From NCBI GenBank assembly GCA_910588985.1, contig CAJURO010000003.1:10169-74168 (forward strand): a stretch of 64,000 bases of DNA. The letters are read 5' to 3'. Of the stretch, positions 9,577 to 19,330 are shown one piece after another. The translations under genes and the position numbers were made by a program. Below the pieces are notes generated by a model, which worked only from the letters and a program-made list of their open reading frames with translations, was not told where the DNA came from and made no database searches. The first letter of the stretch is position 1, and every line of letters begins with the position of its first letter. The stretch is from an uncultured Eggerthellaceae bacterium (GTDB lineage: Bacteria; Actinomycetota; Coriobacteriia; Coriobacteriales; Eggerthellaceae).

Positions 9577-10664
9577 TGGATCGTGTTAGACAGAGTGCTC
9601 CACAACTTGCTCAGATCATTCCCTATGATCCCAAGTACATCCCTGCCGAGGCATATATGTCGGCAAATGAGAATCCTCATGATGTTGACGAGGATGTTCG
9701 TCGCGCCATCGAGAGGCGCATCAAGAACGTCGAGCTGAATCGTTATCCTGATCCGCTTGCTAATGAGCTTCGTGATGCCATCGCTGAAGCGAATGGGCTC
9801 GATCGTGATTGGGTGCTCATTGGCAATGGGGGAGACGAGCTTCTCTTCGATACCGCTCTTGCGTGGGGTGGCCCTGGTAGGACGTTCTTGAACATGCCTC
9901 CAACATTCTCGGTTTACGAGGCGAATGCCCGCCTGCTCAACACCACGGTCCTCGAAGTGCCGCGCGATCGCGAGAACGAGTACGCTATTGATGAGGAGCG
10001 CGTTCTTGAGCTTATGTCAGGTCCTACATCAGAGGTTGACTTCACCATCATCTCCAATCCGAACAATCCTACAGGTCTCATGACCTCGTTCGAGTTCCTT
10101 GAGAAGCTTCTGGCTTCAACAGATGCGCTCGTCATGGTCGATGAAGCCTATTTTGAGTTCTCGCGCCAAACGATGCGCCCTCATCTTGAGGCTCATAAGA
10201 ATCTTGTGATCCTGCGTACGTTCTCAAAGGCATTCTCTCTTGCTGGTGTGCGCCTTGGCTATATCTTGGCTCATCCTGAGGTGATCGATGAGTACAAGAA
10301 GGTTCGCCAGCCTTATTCTGTCGATGCGGTCAGCCAAGCGATCGGCTCAGTTGTTTACGAGCATCGCAGCACATTCGTGCCTGCTATCGATGAGATCATA
10401 TCCGAGCGCGATCGCATGTATGAAGCGCTTCGGGTCATACCAGGTGTCATGCCCTATAAGAGCCAGTCGAATTGGCTGCTCTTCAAGATGACAGATGCTG
10501 GGCAAGCGTGGGAAGCTCTCTATGAAGCAGGTGTCCTTGTTCGTGATTTCTCGTCTGCTCCTGGGCTTGAAGGTACGTTGCGTGTTTCCGTTGGAACGAA
10601 AGAGCAGAATGATCGCTTTCTTCTTTGTTTGCGAGATTTCGCCCTCAGGAAACAAGAAGACTAG
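9576..10664 (+). CDS. hisC: Histidinol-phosphate aminotransferase
   Basis: Class II aminotransferase with PLP-lysine context FSKAFSLAGVRLGY. Start trimmed to the ATG that overlaps the hisD stop (TAATG). The upstream ORF extension lies inside hisD. Confidence 0.9.
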   Translation: MDRVRQSAPQLAQIIPYDPKYIPAEAYMSANENPHDVDEDVRRAIERRIKNVELNRYPDPLANELRDAIAEANGLDRDWVLIGNGGDELLFDTALAWGGPGRTFLNMPPTFSVYEANARLLNTTVLEVPRDRENEYAIDEERVLELMSGPTSEVDFTIISNPNNPTGLMTSFEFLEKLLASTDALVMVDEAYFEFSRQTMRPHLEAHKNLVILRTFSKAFSLAGVRLGYILAHPEVIDEYKKVRQPYSVDAVSQAIGSVVYEHRSTFVPAIDEIISERDRMYEALRVIPGVMPYKSQSNWLLFKMTDAGQAWEALYEAGVLVRDFSSAPGLEGTLRVSVGTKEQNDRFLLCLRDFALRKQED

Positions 10665-10676
10665 AGGAGGTCATGC

Positions 10677-11270
10677 ATGGAAGAGAGAAGAAGCCATATC
10701 TCACGCAAGACCAAAGAGACTGATATCGTGCTCACGCTTTGCCTCGATGGCGAAGGGAGAGCTGAGATAGATACGGGAATTCCCTTCTTCGACCATATGC
10801 TCACCGCTTTTGCGCGTCATGGACTGATTGACCTTGCGGTGACATGCTCGGGTGATGTCGAAGTCGATGGGCATCATAGCGTTGAAGATGTTGGCATCGT
10901 GCTCGGGTGTGCGCTTGCTGAGGCGCTTGGCGAAAAGCGTGGGATCACTCGGTTCTCCGATGCAACCATCGTCATGGACGAAGCGCTTGTGATGTGCGCA
11001 ATGGATATCTCAGGCAGGGGCGATCTGTATTGGGATATGGATATCCCAATCGGGGCTATCCTCACATTCGACACGCAACTGGCACGTGAATTCTTCGTTG
11101 CTGTTGCGAACAACGCTGGCATCAGCTTGCATCTGAAGCAATTTGCAGGTGAGAACGCGCATCATATCATCGAAGCAGCGTTCAAGTCGTTTGGACGCGC
11201 TTTGCGTGCTGCGATTGCGATCGATCCGCGAAGCGCGAATGAAATCCCGACCACCAAGGGCACCCTGTGA
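10677..11270 (+). CDS. hisB: Imidazoleglycerol-phosphate dehydratase
   Basis: 197 aa with IGPD blocks (DTGIPFFDHML, GHHSVEDVGI, ENAHHIIEAAFK). Confidence 0.93.
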   Translation: MEERRSHISRKTKETDIVLTLCLDGEGRAEIDTGIPFFDHMLTAFARHGLIDLAVTCSGDVEVDGHHSVEDVGIVLGCALAEALGEKRGITRFSDATIVMDEALVMCAMDISGRGDLYWDMDIPIGAILTFDTQLAREFFVAVANNAGISLHLKQFAGENAHHIIEAAFKSFGRALRAAIAIDPRSANEIPTTKGTL

Positions 11271-11920
11271 TAGCGATCGTCGATTACAAGAAGGGCAACA
11301 TCAAGTCTGTCGAGCGCGCGTTCGTGCGAAGTGGAGCTGACGTCGTTGTGACAGATCAGCCGAGCGAGGTCGCGATGTGCGATGCGATCGTGCTGCCAGG
11401 GGTTGGTGCGTTCACAGACGCGATGGAGACGCTCTCATCGTGTGGGCTGGCCGAGCAGATCATGCATGACGTGAAGGCAGGCAAGCCATTTCTTGGCATA
11501 TGCCTCGGACAGCATCTTATGTATGAAGCAGGTGTCGAGCATGCTCACAGCGATATTCCAACACAAGGTCTTGGCATCATTCCTGGCACAGTCGAGGCGC
11601 TTCCTCGGAAAGATGCGCAAGGGGCGAGGTATAAGGTGCCTCACGTTGGCTGGAACACGATAGAACCAATCGGTACAAACGTAGATTTCTCTCGATGCCC
11701 TTTGCTTGAGGGTATCGAACCAGGATCCTTCTTCTACTTCACGCATAGCTACGCTGTCCCTTGTTCTGGAGCTGATATCGCGCATACGAGGCATTCGGTG
11801 CCTTTTCCGAGCGTGGTGGGCGCGGGTTGTGCCTATGGGGTTCAGTTTCATCCCGAGAAGAGCTCGGAGGCGGGGGCTCGGCTCATAGAGAATTTCGTGC
11901 ATATCGTAAGCGAGGTGTGA
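11267..11920 (+). CDS. hisH: Imidazole glycerol phosphate synthase, glutaminase subunit
   Basis: GATase-1 blocks (LPGVGAF, nucleophile in GICLG, FHPEKS). The GTG start overlaps the hisB stop (GTGA). Confidence 0.92.
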   Translation: MIAIVDYKKGNIKSVERAFVRSGADVVVTDQPSEVAMCDAIVLPGVGAFTDAMETLSSCGLAEQIMHDVKAGKPFLGICLGQHLMYEAGVEHAHSDIPTQGLGIIPGTVEALPRKDAQGARYKVPHVGWNTIEPIGTNVDFSRCPLLEGIEPGSFFYFTHSYAVPCSGADIAHTRHSVPFPSVVGAGCAYGVQFHPEKSSEAGARLIENFVHIVSEV

Positions 11921-11921
11921 G

Positions 11922-12722
11922 ATGTATCTTCTTCCTGCGATCGACCTTTTGGGCGGCAAAGCGGTCAGGCTGCTCGGAGGCGATTATGACAAGGTGACGG
12001 TCTACAACGATGATCCTGTCTTGCAAGCTCAGCTCTTTGAGGAGGCTGGGGCAACATGGCTGCATATTGTCGATCTTGATGGAGCGCGATTAGGCGAGTC
12101 GAAGAATTATGAGTGCATCTCGAAGATCGTCCGCTCAACAAGCCTGCATATCGAGGTCGGAGGCGGTATTCGCGATCTTGAGGCTGCGAAGCGCATGCTT
12201 GATACAGGGATCGATCGAGTCATCTTAGGAACTGCGCTTGTGAAGGATCCTGAAGGATCGCAGCGCATGCTCGAAGAGCTCGGGGCGCCTTCTGTTGTTT
12301 GCGGTGTTGACGCACGAGCGGGGGATGTCAAGGTCGAAGGTTGGGTCGAGGGGGCAGAGCTTGATGCTCTTTCGTTGGCAAGGTCTCTTAAGGATGTTGG
12401 ATTCGAGCACCTTGTCTATACGGATATCGCACGTGACGGCATGCAAACAGGCATAGCTAGCGCTGCCTATGTCGAGATGTACCAATCATTTGGAAATCCT
12501 GTGATCGCAAGCGGTGGAATTGCATCGCTTGCCGACATCGAGGAGCTTTCGCGGGTATCACAAGCGATCGAAGGCGTCATCGTGGGACGCGCTCTCTACG
12601 AGCGTAACTTCACGCTTCAAGATGCGGCAGCGCTTTGCGATGGGACGCTCGTTCGAGATGATGATCATCTTCACGAGCTTGAAGCGCCTCTTACCAGAGA
12701 AGATCTTGAAGGGAATGCCTAA
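11922..12722 (+). CDS. hisA: ProFAR isomerase
   Basis: [15 protein letters not shown] start and (beta/alpha)8 HisA/HisF family blocks. It carries a C-terminal tail of about 25 aa. Confidence 0.9.
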   Translation: MYLLPAIDLLGGKAVRLLGGDYDKVTVYNDDPVLQAQLFEEAGATWLHIVDLDGARLGESKNYECISKIVRSTSLHIEVGGGIRDLEAAKRMLDTGIDRVILGTALVKDPEGSQRMLEELGAPSVVCGVDARAGDVKVEGWVEGAELDALSLARSLKDVGFEHLVYTDIARDGMQTGIASAAYVEMYQSFGNPVIASGGIASLADIEELSRVSQAIEGVIVGRALYERNFTLQDAAALCDGTLVRDDDHLHELEAPLTREDLEGNA

Positions 12723-12723
12723 G

Positions 12724-13488
12724 ATGCTCACGAAGCGTGTCATTCCTTGCCTTGATGTCAAAGATGGCCGTGTCGTCAAAGGCGTTAACTTCGTTGGTCT
12801 CAAGGATGCGGGAGACCCTATCGAGCTTGCCACGCGCTATGACGATGAAGGTGCTGATGAGATCATCTTCCTTGATATCACAGCAACGAGCGATGAACGC
12901 ACAACGACGATTGACCTTGCTTCACGTGCCTCCACTGACCTCAGGCTCCCTTACACCGTTGGTGGTGGATTCCGAAGCGTTGATGATGTTCGTACCATGA
13001 TCGCTGTTGGAGCTGACAAGGTGTCACTGAATTCAGCAGCAGTGAAAGATCCTTCGCTTATCACGGTGTGCGCGCGTGCGTTCGGCACACAGGCGGTCAT
13101 CGTTGCAATAGATGCGAAGCAGGTTGCAGGCAATCCCAATAAATGGGAGGTCTACACGAAGGGTGGTCGCACCAATACGGGGCTTGACGTGGTGGCTTGG
13201 GCACAAGCAGCTGCTCGAGCAGGCGCGGGAGAGATCCTGCTGACAAGCATGGACCGCGATGGGTCACGTGAAGGTTTTGACTGTGCGCTCACACGAGCTG
13301 TCGCGCGAGTGGTGGAGATCCCTGTGATCGCAAGCGGTGGCGTTGGTGCACTCGAGCATTTCTCTGAAGGCATCATCGAAGGCGAGGCCGATGCAGTCCT
13401 TGCGGCTAGCGTCTTTCATTATGGTGAATTCACGATCCGCGAGGTCAAAGAGAGCATGGCTGCACAAGGTATCCCTGTTCGGCTCTAA
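12724..13488 (+). CDS. hisF: Imidazole glycerol phosphate synthase, cyclase subunit
   Basis: [20 protein letters not shown] start and SGGVG block. Start trimmed to the ATG one base after the hisA stop. The ORF-track extension overlaps hisA. Confidence 0.93.
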   Translation: MLTKRVIPCLDVKDGRVVKGVNFVGLKDAGDPIELATRYDDEGADEIIFLDITATSDERTTTIDLASRASTDLRLPYTVGGGFRSVDDVRTMIAVGADKVSLNSAAVKDPSLITVCARAFGTQAVIVAIDAKQVAGNPNKWEVYTKGGRTNTGLDVVAWAQAAARAGAGEILLTSMDRDGSREGFDCALTRAVARVVEIPVIASGGVGALEHFSEGIIEGEADAVLAASVFHYGEFTIREVKESMAAQGIPVRL

Positions 13489-13582
13489 GAGACACTTTGA
13501 ATCGAAAGGCATCTGCTCTACACAACTGCAAGAGGATTGATATCTCATATATTCGATATGAGCAACAAGAAGGGGAGAGTGC

Positions 13583-13903
13583 GTGGATATTGCAAGCTTA
13601 ACCTATAACGAAGCTGGTCTCATACCTTGCATCGTGCAGGATGTCGATACACGCGAGGTCCTCATGATGGCTTGGATGAATGAGGAGGCGCTTCGCCTTA
13701 CCCTTGAGACGAAGCAGATGGTGTTCTGGTCGCGGAGCCGCTCAGAGATATGGCACAAGGGTGCAACGAGCGGTAACGTCCAAGATCTGCAAGAGATTCG
13801 CTATGATTGCGATGCCGATACGCTCCTTGCATTCGTGAAACCCGCAGGTCCTGCCTGCCATACAGGAAGCATAAGCTGTTTCTTCCGCTCGCTTACTTCT
13901 TGA
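13583..13903 (+). CDS. hisI: Phosphoribosyl-AMP cyclohydrolase (monofunctional, no HisE domain)
   Basis: 106 aa with HisI blocks ([35 protein letters not shown]). GTG start preceded by AAGGGGAG. Confidence 0.9.
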   Translation: MDIASLTYNEAGLIPCIVQDVDTREVLMMAWMNEEALRLTLETKQMVFWSRSRSEIWHKGATSGNVQDLQEIRYDCDADTLLAFVKPAGPACHTGSISCFFRSLTS

Positions 13904-15221
13904 TGCCGCCTTGCGGAGCCTTCTCTTTTGGATAGCAGAGAAGAGCGCTCAAAAAGGCAACGACCATGCAAACGCTGACGCAGATGCATACGGCTCCAAA
14001 GCCAACCATGCTTCCCAAGAAACCCCAGAGCACTGAGAGAAGGCCGTTTGCCACATCGATGCTCAGCTGGAAAAGGCCATTGGTGGCTCCCCACCGATCC
14101 TTGGGGCTCATCTTGACGGCAACGGCTTGATTGATCGGAATGCCAAGGCCCATGCAGACCCCAAAGGGTACTCCAGCAAAATAGAAGAGCATGCTTGATA
14201 TCTCTCCGTTGGGCATCAAGCTTGTGAAAAAGAGGCACGCAAAAGCGATGACGCCAGCCCCAGCGCTTACTCCCATGATCGCAAGCGCTGGGGCACTGTC
14301 CATGAATTTGCCCGAGATAAGCCTGATGACGATCATGACGATCGCGCATATCGTGTAGTACAACCCAGAGTTTGAAACACCTATTGAACTTCCGAATACA
14401 CCCATGTAGAAGATGTTGAATGAGAACCCTGCGCAAAGGAATGCAACAGGGATAGCGCCATGGAGTGCCTTCGGTTCGAATATCTTCAAGAGCGCGTGCG
14501 CGACCCTTCCGCGACTTTTGCCCTCTTCTGCGATCGTCTCTTTCGTCTCGCCATCGAGCCTGTTATCTTCATCAAAGCGTATGCGATATCCACAGGTAGC
14601 AGGAAGGCTCTCGGGATCTTTCTCGTAGCGAATGAAAAGGCTCAAGGTAAGCGCGATGATGGAGCATGCCATGCATCCAAGGTAGAAATTGCTCGGCGGA
14701 TCAGTGGAAACAAGGAAGATGGCAAGCGCAGGGCCAATGGCCATTGAGATTGCTTGGCCTAACCCATAATACCCAATGCCTTCTCCTAGGCGTGAGAGGG
14801 GAAGCACGTCAGCGGCGGCAGTGGCAAGCGCAGTCGTTGCTGCAGAGAAGCCAGCACCCTGGAGGGCTCGCCAAAGCAGAAACGCGAAGCCCTCATTCGC
14901 AAGAAGGGGGCCAAAGGATCCGCAGAGCATGATAGCTGCGCCAACGCAGATCACGATCTGCCGACCACGCATGTCGGTCAAAGGGCCAGATAAGAGACGC
15001 GCAATAGCAGCAGCTACTGAGAAGCAGAGCGCGCCGATACCTGCAAGCCATACCTCGCCGCCGATGCGCTCAAGATAGACTGATGTTCCCGCATTCGTGC
15101 CTTGCCCTACGAGGAATGTGCAGAGCGTTGTGCAGAGGATGACTATGAAGATAGGGCTGGCAAGCGATTCGCGTTGCCTTCGTGTATCCGAGCCTGTCTC
15201 CTTGATCCGCTCATCCCTCAT
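13893..15221 (-). CDS. MFS transporter
   Basis: 442 aa, hydrophobic throughout. MFS motif-A-like loop [10 protein letters not shown]. The start overlaps the ubiE stop. Confidence 0.8.
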   Translation of the reverse strand: MRDERIKETGSDTRRQRESLASPIFIVILCTTLCTFLVGQGTNAGTSVYLERIGGEVWLAGIGALCFSVAAAIARLLSGPLTDMRGRQIVICVGAAIMLCGSFGPLLANEGFAFLLWRALQGAGFSAATTALATAAADVLPLSRLGEGIGYYGLGQAISMAIGPALAIFLVSTDPPSNFYLGCMACSIIALTLSLFIRYEKDPESLPATCGYRIRFDEDNRLDGETKETIAEEGKSRGRVAHALLKIFEPKALHGAIPVAFLCAGFSFNIFYMGVFGSSIGVSNSGLYYTICAIVMIVIRLISGKFMDSAPALAIMGVSAGAGVIAFACLFFTSLMPNGEISSMLFYFAGVPFGVCMGLGIPINQAVAVKMSPKDRWGATNGLFQLSIDVANGLLSVLWGFLGSMVGFGAVCICVSVCMVVAFLSALLCYPKEKAPQGGIKK

Positions 15222-15964
15222 GAGCTTGGCTTCGTTCCCATATGTATGGCAGCGATGCCACCGGTAAGGTCAGTCCAAGAGACATCCTCGAATCCCGCAT
15301 CTTCGAACATCTTTGCAAGGCTTTCTTGATTTGGGAAGGCTTTTATGGAATTTGCCAGATACACGAACCCAGACCTGTCATGCGTGATGATACCACCCCA
15401 AAAGGGGATCATGTGTGTGAGATAGAAGCGATAGAGGGCACGCCATATCCTGTTCTTTGGTGTGGAAAACTCCAGGCAGAGAATGGTGCCACCTGGTCTA
15501 AGGACCCGATACATCTCCGCAAGGGCTTGCTCGCGACGAGGCATGTTGCGGATGCCGTAGGCAACAGTGAGAACATCGCACATCTCATCGGGAAGCGCCA
15601 TATCTTGAGCATCGACGACAGCAAACTCGACAGGAACGCCATCGGAAGCCCCTTCATCCATGTGGATGCGCGCTACCTCGAGCATCTCTGGAACAAGGTC
15701 GGTGCAATGGATCCTTGCGGGGTGCTTCTTCTGTGCGATGGCAAAGGAGATGTCTCCCGTGCCGCCCGCCACATCAAGCACGACCGACTCATGTGTCACA
15801 GGAGCCTTTCGCACAAGCGCATCGATCCATGCTCGGTAAGCACCAAAGCTTGAGATGGCATTGAACCGCTCATACTTCTTGGCAATGCTTGCAAAGATGC
15901 TCTTGACCTTCTTGGTAGAAAGCTCGCTCGGAGCTTCTCGTCCGCTTTCTGTATCGATGCTCAC
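15218..15964 (-). CDS. menG: UbiE/MenG-type (demethyl)menaquinone methyltransferase
   Basis: KKYERFNAISSFG...WIDAL followed by the SAM motif LDVAGGTGD and EFSTP, which is a typical UbiE/MenG layout. Confidence 0.8.
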   Translation of the reverse strand: MSIDTESGREAPSELSTKKVKSIFASIAKKYERFNAISSFGAYRAWIDALVRKAPVTHESVVLDVAGGTGDISFAIAQKKHPARIHCTDLVPEMLEVARIHMDEGASDGVPVEFAVVDAQDMALPDEMCDVLTVAYGIRNMPRREQALAEMYRVLRPGGTILCLEFSTPKNRIWRALYRFYLTHMIPFWGGIITHDRSGFVYLANSIKAFPNQESLAKMFEDAGFEDVSWTDLTGGIAAIHMGTKPSS

Positions 15965-16023
15965 GCAGTTCCCTTCATCTAATGTTCACTCTATATGGTA
16001 GCAGCCAGAGATCGCATGATGCG

Positions 16024-16554
16024 TCAACCGAAGATCATCACATAGCCGATATGCGCCAGAATGAGGGCGAAGAGTGCTCCAGCAATAACATCTTTGAGGA
16101 AATGCACGCCAGAGAGCACGCGAATGAGAGCGAGCAAGACAGCAGAGACGAAGAGAACGCACATGAAGACATCGATGGGCAGCGACGTCCAGTTAAGGTG
16201 CTTCGCGAACGCAAGCCAACTTGCCGCTATCATGAACATGCAGAAAGCATGGCGCGAAGGGAACGATCGGCCTGTCTTATCGCATGTCAAGAGAGGGTCG
16301 TAGCTAAGCTTCACGAAGGGGCGCATCTCGTCAACCATGTAACGTAGCACGGTCACAAGGATGAACGAGCACCCTGGGACAACGATGCAGGGAAGAAGAA
16401 AATCCTGTTGCATAAGAGCTGCAAGCACGACAAGGAGGGGGTAGGATACATACCCAAGTGCCGTCAAGGCACGATTGAGCGCTTGGATCAAACGAACAAG
16501 ACCAGCATGATCACGTATGCTGTTAACAAGCGAAGGGTAATCTATGAGGCCCAT
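16024..16554 (-). CDS. PAP2-family lipid phosphatase
   Basis: Membrane protein with PAP2 motifs (RP, FPSRH, SGVHFLKDV). Confidence 0.75.
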   Translation of the reverse strand: MGLIDYPSLVNSIRDHAGLVRLIQALNRALTALGYVSYPLLVVLAALMQQDFLLPCIVVPGCSFILVTVLRYMVDEMRPFVKLSYDPLLTCDKTGRSFPSRHAFCMFMIAASWLAFAKHLNWTSLPIDVFMCVLFVSAVLLALIRVLSGVHFLKDVIAGALFALILAHIGYVMIFG

Positions 16555-16613
16555 CGTCTATCTCCAAGGAGCGCAGAAGCGTGTTCTATCGTCCATACAG
16601 AGGAATGCATGCT

Positions 16614-17834
16614 CTATGAAAGCATGCGCCGAATGCGTGAAACCGCCTCTTTGGTTGCGGGACGCTCGCCAAAGCCAGTCAGACGGATGTAGCCTTCGCC
16701 TGCAGGACCGAACCCTGCGCCCGGCGTAGTGATGACATTCGCCTCCTCAAGCAGCCGATTGAAGAATTCCCAGCTACCAATACCCTCTGGTGTCTTGCAC
16801 CAGACATAAGGGCTGTTGACAGCGCCGAAGACCTGCAGGCCGCATTTCTCAAGGCCATCCTTTATGATGCGCGCATTCTCAAGATAGAAGCGAATCGTCT
16901 CTTCGATCTGGCGCTTGCCCTCCGAGGTGTAGATCGCTGACGCACCCTTCTGGATGATATAAGAGGCTCCGTTGAATTTGGTTGATTGCCTTCGCAGCCA
17001 CATCTCGTTCAGGCTCTGCCCTTGACGAACAAGATCATGCGGGATGACGGTGTAACCACAGCGCATGCCTGTGAAGCCAGCAGTCTTCGAGAAGCTGCGA
17101 AACTCGATCGCACAGCTCTTCGCTCCCTCGATCTCGAAGATAGAATGCGGGATGTCATCTTCGGTGATGAAGCGCTCGTATGCCGCATCGAACATGATGA
17201 CTGCATCATTGTCGTTCGCATAATCAACCCAAGCCCTCAGTTGGTCGCGATCAAGCACGGTGCCTGTTGGGTTGTTGGGTGAGCAAAGATAGATGATATC
17301 CACGTGGATATCGGGAATGGCAGGGAAGAAGCCATTCTCTGCTGTTGTTGGCATATAGTGGATATTCGTCCAGGCCTCAGCGTCGACATCGTACTCGCCC
17401 GCGCGGCCTTCCATGGCATTGCTATCGACATACACTGGATACACAGGATCGCAGACCGCGATCTTGTTGTCCTTTGCGAAGATGTCGCCGATGTTGCCGC
17501 AATCGCTCTTGGCTCCATCAGAGATGAATATCTCATCAAGAGCGATATCGACTCCACGAGCGCGGTAATCATGGTCACGGATCGCTTCGCGCAAGAAGTC
17601 ATAACCCTCGTAGGGACCATATCCTTTGAGCGTCTCGGCTACTCCCTGCTCATCGACTGCCTCATGCATCGCCTCGATAACAGCAGGAACAAGCGGTTGG
17701 GTGACATCGCCGATCCCGAGCTTGATGAGAGAGGCATCTGGGTTTGCCTCTTGATAGGCTGCGGTACGTCGTGCGATCTCGGCGAAAAGATAGCTTCCAG
17801 GGAGCTTTTCAAAGTTCTTGTTGATCTGAGCCAT
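16614..17834 (-). CDS. dapL: LL-diaminopimelate aminotransferase
   Basis: MAQINKNFEKLPGSYLFAEI N-terminus and PLP-lysine context SFSKTAGFTGMRCGY. Start trimmed to this Met; the 42-aa ORF-track extension has no support. Confidence 0.85.
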   Translation of the reverse strand: MAQINKNFEKLPGSYLFAEIARRTAAYQEANPDASLIKLGIGDVTQPLVPAVIEAMHEAVDEQGVAETLKGYGPYEGYDFLREAIRDHDYRARGVDIALDEIFISDGAKSDCGNIGDIFAKDNKIAVCDPVYPVYVDSNAMEGRAGEYDVDAEAWTNIHYMPTTAENGFFPAIPDIHVDIIYLCSPNNPTGTVLDRDQLRAWVDYANDNDAVIMFDAAYERFITEDDIPHSIFEIEGAKSCAIEFRSFSKTAGFTGMRCGYTVIPHDLVRQGQSLNEMWLRRQSTKFNGASYIIQKGASAIYTSEGKRQIEETIRFYLENARIIKDGLEKCGLQVFGAVNSPYVWCKTPEGIGSWEFFNRLLEEANVITTPGAGFGPAGEGYIRLTGFGERPATKEAVSRIRRMLS

Positions 17835-18010
17835 CGTCCTCTTCTTCCTTATTGAGCCGACAAAGCCGTTAAGGCCTGACCTTTGGTGAAATCCTTTTCT
17901 CTGGTTCAGCATAGCAAAAAGAAGGCGAAGAAAAAGACCAATGAATGCTCTGCGGTTCATCTATGACAGGGGCGGGGGCAAGATCAGAGGCGAGGTGGCA
18001 TGTTCGCGTG

Positions 18011-18038
18011 TTTTCAGATCATGGAGAGTGCGTATAAT
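18011..18038 (+). promoter_or_regulatory. Candidate promoter giving a leaderless or near-leaderless radical-SAM transcript
   Basis: TATAAT at 18033..18038 lies only 8 nt before the ATG at 18047. TTTTCA sits 16 nt upstream as a weak -35. No Shine-Dalgarno is visible. Confidence 0.4.
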
Positions 18039-18046
18039 GATGAGCC

Positions 18047-19330
18047 ATGGAAAATGAAGCATTACAGAGAGCGCGTCGCGAGTACGACAACGTGGAAGAG
18101 CGCTATGTCGCCACGCTTGAAGAAAAGGGCCTCATCTTCGCACCACGTTTCTCAGATGAGAAGCGCATAGCAGAGTTGAGAGAGCGCCTCGCTCAGAAAG
18201 GCGTCATCGCGCGGAACGCAGGCGCCTCCCTTTCTTGTGGGTTTCTGTCAAAAGCGTGTGTCGAATGCACGGGGCAAAACGGGTCAGAGACATTCTCGAC
18301 AACCTTCAAGTGCCACCGTGACTGCTACTTTTGCTTTAACAAGAACCAAGCAGACTACGATCGGTTCTTTCGCGAGGGCTGCCCTTGGCAAGAGGGCTTG
18401 GAGCGTTGCGCAGCTGAGAATGAGAGCTTAGCTTGCATTGGGCTCACCGGAGGAGAGCCTCTGCTCGACCTTGAGAATGCGATCGCTCTTCTCAAGCGCG
18501 CGAAAGAGCTCTTTCCCGATGCTCATCTTCGCATGTACACCTCTGGAGATCTCCTTGATGCTCATATTGCTGAGCAATTGCGTGAAGCACATCTTGATGA
18601 GATACGGTTTAGCGTGAAAGATGACGATGATCCTTCCATGAGGGAGCGTGTGCTCAATGCGATGCGCCTTGCAAAGGACTACATCCCAAGCGTCATGGTC
18701 GAGATGCCTGTTGTCCCTGGCAATCTCGAGTACATGAAGGATCTTTTGCGTGATTTCGACGAAATAGGCATTGATGGGATCAACCTGCTCGAGTTCTGCT
18801 TTCCCTTCTGCAATTGGGATGAGTTCGCAGCTCGTGGCCTTCTTCTGAAGAACCCTCCTTTTGAGATCATGTATGACTATGGCTACTCAGGAGGTCTTGC
18901 AGTGGCTGGGTCAGAGGCTGACATCCTTGAGCTTTTCGATTGGGCGCTTGATGAGGGTCTCAGCCTCGGCATCCATTACTGCTCGCTTGAGAACAAGCAT
19001 CGAAGCGAGATCCGTCAAAAGAACGAGCGTGCGCGAACGCTCCATCCCGTGCTCTCTTTCGATGAAGATGACTTCTTCCTCAAATGCTGCAAAGTGTATG
19101 GGGATGATGTCGCCCTCGCGAAGGACGCGCTTGAAGAAGCGGGGTGCACGGACATGCTTGAAAGCCCGGAGGAATGCTCTCTTTCATTTCCGCTCACCTC
19201 GCTCAAGACGGTGTCTGGGCTGAAGCATGACGATGGGACACCGCTCATGCCGCAGATCTGCTCCTTCGTGTATGAAACTGATGAAGAGGGGGCTTACTTC
19301 ATCGATGTTGCCATCAAAGATGCACGGTGA
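18047..19330 (+). CDS. Radical SAM protein of unknown function
   Basis: CX3CX2C motif (FKCHRDCYFCFNKN) with GGEPLL downstream. An additional N-terminal Cys triad is present (SCGFLSKACVEC). 427 aa. Confidence 0.8.
   Translation: MENEALQRARREYDNVEERYVATLEEKGLIFAPRFSDEKRIAELRERLAQKGVIARNAGASLSCGFLSKACVECTGQNGSETFSTTFKCHRDCYFCFNKNQADYDRFFREGCPWQEGLERCAAENESLACIGLTGGEPLLDLENAIALLKRAKELFPDAHLRMYTSGDLLDAHIAEQLREAHLDEIRFSVKDDDDPSMRERVLNAMRLAKDYIPSVMVEMPVVPGNLEYMKDLLRDFDEIGIDGINLLEFCFPFCNWDEFAARGLLLKNPPFEIMYDYGYSGGLAVAGSEADILELFDWALDEGLSLGIHYCSLENKHRSEIRQKNERARTLHPVLSFDEDDFFLKCCKVYGDDVALAKDALEEAGCTDMLESPEECSLSFPLTSLKTVSGLKHDDGTPLMPQICSFVYETDEEGAYFIDVAIKDAR

Noticed and set aside
12514-12723. 5' extensions of ORF-track entries into upstream genes or terminators: hisF 12514, hisC 9510, dapL to 17960, thrH-like to 23629, Elp3 from 20840, Trm9-like to 21069, PABS-like to 20179, Zn-ribbon gene from 38828, prfA from 44286, rimP from 56999, ilvD from 47404, ilvB from 49020, thrS from 39454.
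   Set aside because: Conserved N-termini, RBS spacing, stop/start coupling or overlap with hairpin terminators all point to internal start codons. The extensions are artefacts of longest-ORF calling.
13801-14436. 211-aa and other alternative-frame ORFs inside the MFS transporter gene, plus plus-strand ORFs at 14413..15078.
   Set aside because: They overlap a coherent 442-aa membrane-protein frame. Their translations are His/Arg/Cys-rich nonsense-like sequences.
16607-16627. GCATGCT/AGCATGC hairpin overlapping the dapL stop codon, considered as a terminator.
   Set aside because: The stem is short, the U-tract on the minus strand is poor, and the PAP2 gene follows closely. The evidence is too weak to annotate.
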